DNA from: Candidatus Micrarchaeum sp.
Lineage (GTDB): Archaea; Micrarchaeota; Micrarchaeia; Micrarchaeales; Micrarchaeaceae
Assembly (NCBI RefSeq): GCF_016806735.1
Contig: NZ_CP060530.1
Coordinates: forward strand, 360,001-392,000
DNA length: 32,000 nucleotides
Direction: 5' to 3'
Part shown: piece by piece, positions 25,196 to 32,000 of the stretch
How the letters are laid out: each line of letters starts with the position of its first letter
How positions within the stretch are numbered: the stretch's first letter is position 1
Program-made: the position numbers and the translations under genes
Notes under the pieces: model-generated
Told to the model about the DNA's origin: nothing
The model's database searches: none
The model's input: the letters and a program-made list of their open reading frames with translations, nothing else

Positions 25196-25225
25196 GTAAA
25201 AATAAAAAGTGCCGCTAAAGCGGCA
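25196..25225 (-). terminator. Hairpin plus T-run, intrinsic-terminator-like element after the 25234-25611 gene
   Basis: On the minus strand, TGCCGC-TTTA-GCGGCA (25225-25210) starts 8 nt after the stop and is followed by CTTTTTATTTTTAC. Confidence 0.45.
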
Positions 25226-25233
25226 AAATCAAT

Positions 25234-25611
25234 TCAGCACATTGCCTTTGCGTATGCTGCTCCTGCGGACGCTATCACGAACCCGATTATCGCAACAACT
25301 ACCATTAGCGGATTTCCAGCTGTCATTGCCACGAAGGAGAATCCTCCGGCGCACGCTGGTGCTATGGCTGCCCTGGCTATCGGATTGTTCTTGATCAGGT
25401 TGGTAAAGCTGAGTATGAATAGCGATACTGCGCTGAGAACTCCGACCGCGTATAGGAGCGGAAGCCATACTGCCGTTATTGCTGTTGCAAAACTTCCAGC
25501 CGCTGCAGTGCCTGAAGAGGTAACATATACCAAAGCGAGGTATATCAAGCTGCCTACGAATTCAAGGGCGAATGCCCCCGGGTTTGTCTTGCCAGATGGT
25601 ACTTTAGACAT
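25234..25611 (-). CDS. Hypothetical membrane protein (125 aa, about 4 TM, Ala/Gly-rich)
   Basis: Clean ATG at 25609-25611 with a TATA-like element about 35-45 nt upstream. Four hydrophobic segments. No family recognised. Confidence 0.6.
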   Translation of the reverse strand: MSKVPSGKTNPGAFALEFVGSLIYLALVYVTSSGTAAAGSFATAITAVWLPLLYAVGVLSAVSLFILSFTNLIKNNPIARAAIAPACAGGFSFVAMTAGNPLMVVVAIIGFVIASAGAAYAKAMC

Positions 25612-25778
25612 ATTTTCACCATATACTACTGCTCAGGGATTGTTTTTATACAAGTCAATATCCTATTTATACAAGATTACATTTTTTGCAGCCTAAAAAT
25701 CCAGTTTTTGGTAGAGAAGTAAATGTGCGTGCATACAATGATTTTATTGATTGTTTGCGCAATCAAATCGTGGTTGTT

Positions 25779-26777
25779 ATGAAGGCGCTCATTTTCGAAA
25801 AGCAGGGAACTGAAAACCTTAGGGTTGCTGATGTAGAAAAACCAGCACCAAAGGAAGGCGAAATCCTGATAAAAGTTGCAATGGCGGGCGTAAATCCGAT
25901 AGACAACATGATCATAAACGCAATACCTGGGATAAAGCCAATGCCGCATATAGCCGGCGCTGAGTTCGCCGGTACTGTAGAAGCCGTAGGCCCTTCGGTC
26001 AAATCCGCAAAGCAGGGTGACAGGGTCGCGGTATTCAACAGGTATTTCGATGGCACCTGCGACATGTGCAGCAAAGGCATGGAGATGCTATGCAGAAATG
26101 GCTATATAACCGGAGTCATGAACAACGGCGGTTTTGCAGAATACATATCAGTCAACGAGAGGAATGCAGTAAAGCTCCCTGATGAAACAAGCTGGGAGAT
26201 GGCGGCTTCGCTGCCTGTAGCTGCACTTACGTCATATCACGCGATTAACCGCGCAGGTCTTAACAAGGGTGAAACAGCAGTCATACTCGGCGCTTCTGGC
26301 AACACCGGCAGGTTCGCCCTTCAGTTTGCAAAAGAACAAGGCGCAAAAGTTATAGCCGTATCAAGGAAGCAGTCGATGGCGGATTTCGGCGCGGATTATA
26401 CCGTATCTTCGGAAAACGCCATTGAAAAGATAAAGGAAATAACAAAGGGCAAAATGGCGGATTTCGTTCTAAACTCTCTTGGAGAGAAATTCTGGAACGA
26501 AAGCTTTTTGATGATGGGGAGCAATTCCAGGCTCGCCACATTCGGAACGCTTACGGGCCCGCAGGTAAGCCTGGATCTTTCAGGCGTGTACTCAAAACAT
26601 GCCACGATAATGGGTTCTACAGGCGGTTCCATGCGCGAGTTTAAGGAACTGGTTTCGAAATCGCCAAGCTACAAGCTCAAAGTATGGAAGAAGTTCAGGC
26701 TTGAAGATGGGCAGGCAGCGATAAGGGCGCTATCCTCTAGCGATAGGGACGGAAGGGTAATGCTGCAGATAAGCTGA
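25779..26777 (+). CDS. Zinc-type alcohol dehydrogenase / quinone oxidoreductase-like protein (MDR superfamily)
   Basis: MKALIFEKQG...GEILIKVAMAGVNPID, GAEFAGTVEAVG, a CDMCSKGMEMLC zinc-lobe remnant and the nucleotide-binding motif LGASGNTGRFALQFAK. The track ORF from 25686 is an upstream extension through the promoter region. Confidence 0.8.
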   Translation: MKALIFEKQGTENLRVADVEKPAPKEGEILIKVAMAGVNPIDNMIINAIPGIKPMPHIAGAEFAGTVEAVGPSVKSAKQGDRVAVFNRYFDGTCDMCSKGMEMLCRNGYITGVMNNGGFAEYISVNERNAVKLPDETSWEMAASLPVAALTSYHAINRAGLNKGETAVILGASGNTGRFALQFAKEQGAKVIAVSRKQSMADFGADYTVSSENAIEKIKEITKGKMADFVLNSLGEKFWNESFLMMGSNSRLATFGTLTGPQVSLDLSGVYSKHATIMGSTGGSMREFKELVSKSPSYKLKVWKKFRLEDGQAAIRALSSSDRDGRVMLQIS

Positions 26778-26801
26778 CAACAATAATATGGCATTCGAGC
26801 A

Positions 26802-26898
26802 AGCCTCGAGAGGGATTTGAACCCTCGACCCCCTGTTTTCACAGCCCAATATGCTGAGCGTACGAGACAGGTGCTCTACCAGTCTGAGCTACCGAGGC
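26802..26898 (-). tRNA. tRNA-Thr (anticodon CGU at 26864-26862) with a 23-nt intron at the canonical 37/38 position
   Basis: Hand fold of the minus strand gives acceptor GCCTCGG/TCGAGGC (G7-U66 wobble), D arm GCTC-AGACTGGTA-GAGC and anticodon stem CCTGT/ACAGG. The T arm is GAGGG-TTCAAAT-CCCTC and the discriminator is U. Removing 23 nt restores the 7-nt loop CTCGTAA and a 74-nt tRNA. Confidence 0.85.
26838..26860 (-). other. tRNA-Thr intron (bulge-helix-bulge substrate)
   Basis: Intron sequence is CGCTCAGCATATTGGGCTGTGAA. It folds with an inner helix GCUC/GGGC, 3-nt bulges UA^C and AA^A at both splice sites, and a 4-position central helix CUCG/UGUG containing one U-U mismatch and one G-U pair. 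Confidence 0.7.
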
Positions 26899-26985
26899 AA
26901 TAAACGTTTTTATAATTCAAACAACAAACTATAAATTCATTTATAAACAAATCTGAAAGTGGCGAATACGCTGCCGGTAGAGTAA

Positions 26986-29979
26986 GTGTCAATACTTCAG
27001 AACGATCAAGGATCAGAAGGGCCTGGGAGCCCAGCCACACCAGGTGGCTGGAACGAGGTTCCTAGCACGGAACCAAAAGGATACAAAGTGGATGTTACAC
27101 CAAGCAATCCATTCGAGCAGCAGAAGCCCTTATCTCCGGTCCCGTTGGCAAAAAAACCTTCAAAACAAAAATTTTCACTAAAATACCTCCTTATTGTCAT
27201 AGTCATAATATTCATAGCTTTAATTGCGGTTATCACGCTTCACAAGCAATCGCCAACCACTACCGTGCTTACAACTTCAATAAGCCCTGATGTTTATACA
27301 ATGTCGGCATGTGGCACATTGGGCAAGCCAGGGTCATATTACCTTAGCTCAGACGTAAGCAGCAACATAACTTCCGGTTCATGCCTTTACGTCAATTCTA
27401 GCAACGTCGCGATAATCTGCAACGGCAAATCCATAACCGGTTCAGGGCCATTCAGCAACAAGACCCCGTATACTTATGCGATATACGCTTCTGGCAAGGA
27501 CAACGTTACTGTAAGCGGATGCACGCTTTCCGAATTCTCATACGGTATAGCGGCTGTAAACTCTACGGACGTCAGGGTTGCAGGAAATAAGATATACAAC
27601 AATACTATGTCAGGCGTTTACTTTTCGAACACTTCGTCCTCTTCCATATCCGGAAATAAAGTTTCTGGAACCTCAAGCCCGCAGGGTGCCGTATATTTGG
27701 GCTATGGATCTGCGGGAAACAAGGTGTCAAACAACACAATATTATCAAATGGCAACATAGGCATAAACATATACTCAAGCGGCGAAAATCTCTATAACAA
27801 CATAATAAATTCAACGCCTAATTCATTGGCATGCCATGGGCTTTCCGGCCTGATAAACGCCAGCTCGGCCCATGGCAATGTTTGTGCAGTAAATCTTGGC
27901 TGCGACTTTTTGTCGTGCACTGAAACCAACTATCCAATAAATGTTTCCCAGATCTCTTTGGGCAGCGTCATAAATTCATGCGGCACGATAAACTCGCCTG
28001 GCAACTATCACATAGCCCAGAACATAAATGCCAATGCATACTCAAAAGCAGTGGGCTTCATCAACGCATCTGCAGAGGTCCCATGCATAACGATAAATGC
28101 CCCGGACGTGCATCTAGATTGCGAAAGCAACAATATAACCAATGTTACTTCTGGGTATGCAATATATGCGAATTCAGAGCCTGGTCTGAGGATTGACTAT
28201 TGCGGGATAAACTCTTCGAAGGGCGGCATAATGCTCAGGGATGTCAGCGGTGCTGAGCTGTCAAACGTAAGCATATCCAATACAAGCACTGGAATAATGC
28301 TCGTCAATTCCAACTCAAGCAAGTTCTACAACGTAAGGGCCGACAACGGCAAGATAGGGCTGTACGTTGGCTTTTCAACGCTGGACACTTTCGACTCATT
28401 CAGGTTTACCGGAAACAGCTATGGCATATATGTAAACGACTCCATAGGCAACGTCTACAACAACGGGGTGGCGACAAACAATTCAAGGATGGACCTTTAT
28501 GCGACAAACAATTCAATAAAATCGGGATACTCGCTCATGTCGGATACGCAATGCGGCCTTACCGATGCCGATTGGACAACATGCACTAACGTGGCGAAAC
28601 CGCAGCTCAAATTCTATCCGATAAATTCCTGCGGCACTATAAGCTATGAGGGCAATTATTCGCTGAGCCAGAACATACTAGCCTCTTCCACTAATTGTAT
28701 AACGATAAAGTCAAGCAATGTAAAGCTGTCATGCGGCACGTATAAAATATCCAGTCAGACGCGCGGGCTAGGGACCGGCATATCAGCCAGCAATGTGAAA
28801 AACATAACGATAATCGGCTGCGGGGCAACGGGTTTAAAATACGGGTATTACTTGGATAACGTAACCAACTCTTCAATAACAAATGCCATTTCTTCAGGGG
28901 ATACTTTCGGGGTTTACATGAAAGCCACGAAGAGCACAAAGGTTTACAACATCACCGAAACCAACGTTGGCAATTCCGGCCTTTTCATTAACTCGTCAAG
29001 ATCGGACCTTATAGAGGGCTCTTCATTTAATTCCGGCGCATATGGGATATACCTTTACAACGCCAGCCTCAACGAAATCTCAGGCAACAACGGCACTGGC
29101 GATGGAACCGGAATATATGCAAACACTAATTCGACCAACAATACAATCTCTTACAACATGTTCTCCGGCTCTTCAAATTACGATTATGCATGCGCCGGCG
29201 GAGCTTCAGGGATTGCTTCCGAATACGGTGGCATAAACTACGGCCAGAGAGTATCCAACTGCATGTGGCTTTCAGGCATAAGCAAGAGTTCCGGGCCGAT
29301 AGCATGCAATTCCTTCTTCAGCTCGTCTTCATACGACATTGGAACTGACGGTTATTACGGCCTAGGCGCACTGTGCAACGGGGTGTATTCAAATTCTACC
29401 ACAATAAACTGCAACTACAATACCATAACTGCTACGCACGGAGGCACTTTTGCAAAATTTGACAATGTAAAGAGCGGAGTTATAGAAAACTGCATGCTGC
29501 GCGGATTCACCACGCCAATAATAATAAAGAACTCAAGCGTAAAGGTCATAAACGACAGAATATACGTGAACGCAACTGGTGCGAGCACGCCTTTCGAGTA
29601 TTTTGGCATAGGGGTCTACTCTTCGAAGGGCTTTACGATTTCTAATGTGTCGGTAATAAGCAACACTACCGGCATTTTAATAGAGAACTCTGCATCTGGG
29701 ACTGTTTCAGACAGCAACTCTACTTCGCGCCAGATAGGGTACTATGCCGGCAACACAACGGATGTGCTCTTCAAGAACGACGTTGCCAAATCTCCTGGCG
29801 TGGGCCTTTCCATGGCCAATTCTACATCCAACGTTTTTTCAGGCGATTCGTTCAATGGCTCTGTGACAGGTGCGCTTTGCATGGGTACATCGGAGTCAAA
29901 TTCATCCAATACCAATTCAGGTGCGAATTACTGCTCGGTTAATTCCGGATGCTCATGGCTTAAGAGCCCGGATTGCTGA
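26986..29979 (+). CDS. Large N-terminally anchored surface protein with tandem right-handed parallel beta-helix (PbH1/NosD-like) modules; candidate S-layer or adhesin glycoprotein
   Basis: 997 aa. A GTG start is inferred, since there is no in-frame ATG for about 100 codons. A Pro/Lys-rich N terminus precedes the TM helix YLLIVIVIIFIALIAVITL. PbH1-like repeats follow (eg VSGCTLSEFSYGIAAVNSTDVRVAGNKIYNNTMSGVYFSNTSSSSISGNKV). Three modules open with SCGT(I/L)xxPGxY, at about 27304, 27976 and 28627. I count about 40 N-X-S/T sequons by hand. Confidence 0.8.
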   Translation: MSILQNDQGSEGPGSPATPGGWNEVPSTEPKGYKVDVTPSNPFEQQKPLSPVPLAKKPSKQKFSLKYLLIVIVIIFIALIAVITLHKQSPTTTVLTTSISPDVYTMSACGTLGKPGSYYLSSDVSSNITSGSCLYVNSSNVAIICNGKSITGSGPFSNKTPYTYAIYASGKDNVTVSGCTLSEFSYGIAAVNSTDVRVAGNKIYNNTMSGVYFSNTSSSSISGNKVSGTSSPQGAVYLGYGSAGNKVSNNTILSNGNIGINIYSSGENLYNNIINSTPNSLACHGLSGLINASSAHGNVCAVNLGCDFLSCTETNYPINVSQISLGSVINSCGTINSPGNYHIAQNINANAYSKAVGFINASAEVPCITINAPDVHLDCESNNITNVTSGYAIYANSEPGLRIDYCGINSSKGGIMLRDVSGAELSNVSISNTSTGIMLVNSNSSKFYNVRADNGKIGLYVGFSTLDTFDSFRFTGNSYGIYVNDSIGNVYNNGVATNNSRMDLYATNNSIKSGYSLMSDTQCGLTDADWTTCTNVAKPQLKFYPINSCGTISYEGNYSLSQNILASSTNCITIKSSNVKLSCGTYKISSQTRGLGTGISASNVKNITIIGCGATGLKYGYYLDNVTNSSITNAISSGDTFGVYMKATKSTKVYNITETNVGNSGLFINSSRSDLIEGSSFNSGAYGIYLYNASLNEISGNNGTGDGTGIYANTNSTNNTISYNMFSGSSNYDYACAGGASGIASEYGGINYGQRVSNCMWLSGISKSSGPIACNSFFSSSSYDIGTDGYYGLGALCNGVYSNSTTINCNYNTITATHGGTFAKFDNVKSGVIENCMLRGFTTPIIIKNSSVKVINDRIYVNATGASTPFEYFGIGVYSSKGFTISNVSVISNTTGILIENSASGTVSDSNSTSRQIGYYAGNTTDVLFKNDVAKSPGVGLSMANSTSNVFSGDSFNGSVTGALCMGTSESNSSNTNSGANYCSVNSGCSWLKSPDC

Positions 29980-29987
29980 AGTGATGA

Positions 29988-31766
29988 ATGGTGAAGTTCG
30001 AAAAGCTGGCCGAATACTACGGCGTATTGGAAGGGGTTTCCTCAAGGCTTAAAATGATAGAGATAATGTCGGAAACCTTCAAGGAGGCCGAGCCATCAGA
30101 GATAGAGCAGATAGTATACATTACCCAGGGAGTTCTGGCTCCACCGTTCGAGGGCAAGGAATTCGGCGTTGCAGAAAAAATAGCAGCAGAGGCGATAGCC
30201 CTGGCAACAGGATACACCAAGGAGGACGTAGAGGCCGACTTCAGGAAGACCGGAGACCTGGGTAGCACGGCAGAGAATCTGGTGTCAAAATCAAAGCTCA
30301 AGCGCATGTCATCTTCGAAACCAAACGTTTCCGATGTTTATTCGTCCATGGTTAAAATATCGGAATCATCCGGCAAGGGCAGCAAGGACCAGAAGATAAA
30401 GCTGCTTGCAAATCTGGTGGCAAGCTCCAGCCCAGTCGAAGCCAGGTACATAATAAGATATCCGCTTGGCCAGCTCAGGCTTGGCCTTGGCGACGCTACG
30501 ATGCTGGAGGCATTATCAGTAATGTACAAGGGCGACCGCACGCTCAAGGAACACTTGGAAAGGGCCTACAACATATGCAGCGACCTAGGGCTTGTAGCCA
30601 AGGAGCTCAAATCAAAGGGGATAAAAGCCATTGAAGACTTTTCCGTATCCATATTCAAGCCGATAAGGCCCGCATTGGCCGAGCGCCTTCCCACTGCAGA
30701 AGAAATACTCGAAAAGATGGGCGGCGAATGCGCGGTGGAGCAGAAATACGACGGCTTCAGGTGCCAGATACACAAGATGGGCAAAAGGGTGGAAATATAT
30801 TCTAGGAGGCTGGAAAGGACAACGGACATGTTTCCCGACATAGCAGCAGCTGCCATAAAGGAAGTTTCTTCAAAGGAGGTCATATTTGAGGGGGAAGCCC
30901 TGGCATACAACGACGTAACTGGGGAGTTCATGCCTTTTCAGGAGACAATACAGAGGAAAAGGAAACACGGGATATCAGAAAAAGCGGTGTCCCTTCCGCT
31001 CAGGCTAATGGCTTTTGACCTGATGTTTGCCGAAGGCAAAAGCTATATGAACGAGCCGTACGAGCAAAGAAGGCAAAAGCTCGAGCAGGTCCTCAATGGC
31101 AGTGAAACCATAAAGCCGTCAAAGCGCATAATCACTCGCTCGGCCAAGGAACTGGAGGACTTCTTCAATTCTTCGGTATCGGACGGCTTGGAAGGCATAG
31201 TGGCAAAGGATCTAAAGTCCCCGTATATAGCCGGGGCAAGGAAATTCTCGTGGATAAAGCTAAAGCGCAGCTATCAGGGCGAGCTCTCGGACACTCTTGA
31301 CCTGGTGATAGTTGGATACTATCGCGGAAAAGGATCAAGGACCGAATTCGGCTTCGGGGGCCTGCTGTGTGCAGTATATAACGAAAAGCGTGATATCTTC
31401 GAGACCGTTTCCAAGCTTGGCACGGGCTTTACCGAAGCCCAGATGCAGGAGCTCAACAATCTGCTATCCAAAATAGAACAGAAATCAAAACCAGCCAGGG
31501 TAGATTCCATAATCGAGCCTGATTTCTGGGTATACCCTAAATACGTAGTCACCGTCAAGGCGGACGAGATAACAAAATCGCCAATGCATACGTGCGGCAT
31601 GTCCATTCAGGAAGATGGAAGCAAATCAGGGTATTCGCTCAGGTTCCCGAGGCTGGTCGGCGAAACAGCAGTAAGGGAGGACAAAAGCCCAGAAGAAGCA
31701 ACGACTACCAAGGAGATAATCGAACTCTTCGGGCAGCAGAAAAAAGTAAGGGTTTCAGACAGGTAA
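29988..31766 (+). CDS. lig: ATP-dependent DNA ligase
   Basis: Adenylation motif I EQKYDGFRCQIH (KxDG), then EGEALAY, LEGIVAKD and WIKLKRSY. The length of 592 aa is typical of archaeal Lig. Confidence 0.95.
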   Translation: MVKFEKLAEYYGVLEGVSSRLKMIEIMSETFKEAEPSEIEQIVYITQGVLAPPFEGKEFGVAEKIAAEAIALATGYTKEDVEADFRKTGDLGSTAENLVSKSKLKRMSSSKPNVSDVYSSMVKISESSGKGSKDQKIKLLANLVASSSPVEARYIIRYPLGQLRLGLGDATMLEALSVMYKGDRTLKEHLERAYNICSDLGLVAKELKSKGIKAIEDFSVSIFKPIRPALAERLPTAEEILEKMGGECAVEQKYDGFRCQIHKMGKRVEIYSRRLERTTDMFPDIAAAAIKEVSSKEVIFEGEALAYNDVTGEFMPFQETIQRKRKHGISEKAVSLPLRLMAFDLMFAEGKSYMNEPYEQRRQKLEQVLNGSETIKPSKRIITRSAKELEDFFNSSVSDGLEGIVAKDLKSPYIAGARKFSWIKLKRSYQGELSDTLDLVIVGYYRGKGSRTEFGFGGLLCAVYNEKRDIFETVSKLGTGFTEAQMQELNNLLSKIEQKSKPARVDSIIEPDFWVYPKYVVTVKADEITKSPMHTCGMSIQEDGSKSGYSLRFPRLVGETAVREDKSPEEATTTKEIIELFGQQKKVRVSDR

Positions 31767-31778
31767 ATCATACTGCTT

Positions 31779-32000
31779 TCACATGCAGCTTTCAACTACT
31801 TTCGAAGCTTTCTGCAGGCTTTTTATCATGTCCTTGACCTTAGGGTTAAGCTTGTAGCCCAATCCATATCCGTTCGTTGTCCTTATATGTGTGGGCTGTA
31901 TCACGTTGAGGTCAAGCGAGAGCTCCCTGAGTGATATTATAAGCGTCTTCCTTGTGAACTTTTTCTCAAGCACGGAATATATCTCCTTTGTGGTTCTTGG
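31779..32000 (-). CDS. Partial ORF, C-terminal approximately 73 aa, possibly a winged-helix DNA-binding protein
   Basis: The frame is open to the window edge (PRTTKEIYSVLEKKFTRKTLIISLRELSLDLNVIQPTHIRTTNGYGLGYKLNPKV...). A helix-turn-helix plus beta-wing-like pattern is visible. The family call is weak. Confidence 0.35.
   Translation of the reverse strand, partial: PRTTKEIYSVLEKKFTRKTLIISLRELSLDLNVIQPTHIRTTNGYGLGYKLNPKVKDMIKSLQKASKVVESCM

Noticed and set aside
25686-25778. N-terminal 31-codon extension of the dehydrogenase ORF
   Set aside because: The extension runs through an AT-rich promoter-like region. MDR-family proteins start at the MKALIFEK-type sequence found at the ATG at 25779.
1-32000. 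CRISPR arrays, rRNA genes, IS elements or transposases, integrases, toxin-antitoxin or other known defence genes
   Set aside because: I found no regularly spaced repeats, no rRNA-like conserved stretches, and no ORF with recombinase, nuclease or defence-type motifs on reading both strands. Absence is judged by eye only.

Overview
This is an archaeal chromosomal segment, mostly housekeeping genes, with one clearly foreign-looking AT-rich island. The archaeal assignment rests on an A1AO-type ATP synthase operon, RtcB, a two-subunit archaeal PheRS, an ATP-dependent DNA ligase, a tRNA with a bulge-helix-bulge intron, a class III (pilin-type) signal peptide protein, TTTATA-type box A promoters and GGTG Shine-Dalgarno-like motifs.

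Gene order, left to right:
- A P-type cation ATPase, open at the window edge and missing from the ORF track.
- An AglH-like dolichyl-phosphate GlcNAc-1-P transferase.
- tRNA-Arg(GCG).
- An AT-rich island of about 2.1 kb encoding five small membrane proteins. It is bounded by a 13-nt direct repeat of the tRNA 3' end.
- Two tandem small membrane paralogs and a sequon-rich anchored protein.
- A DUF488 plus Mug-like glycosylase pair, then a DUF302 operon.
- An orphan 316-aa protein.
- rtcB.
- A complete atp operon in the order K-E-C-F-A-B-D-(60-aa ORF)-H-I.
- A pilin-like protein, then pheT and pheS with an upstream anchored glycoprotein.
- A TRAM protein, a 4-TM protein and an MDR-family dehydrogenase.
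- tRNA-Thr(CGU) carrying a 23-nt intron.
- A 997-aa modular beta-helix surface protein.
- DNA ligase.
- A partial winged-helix-like gene.

I found no rRNA genes, CRISPR arrays, transposases, integrases, inteins or recognisable defence genes.

The composition (about 45-53% G+C in core genes by hand counts), the pilin-type leader QSAMEYLITYGW and the P-type ATPase fit a small acidophilic archaeon, Micrarchaeota- or Thermoplasmata-like. That taxonomic guess is inference only.

All calls come from reading the sequence and recalling motifs. No database search or computation was possible. The most check-worthy items are the tRNA-flanked AT-rich membrane-protein island, the Met-rich micro-ORF translationally coupled inside the ATP synthase operon, the permuted small-membrane-protein pair and the modular beta-helix glycoprotein.
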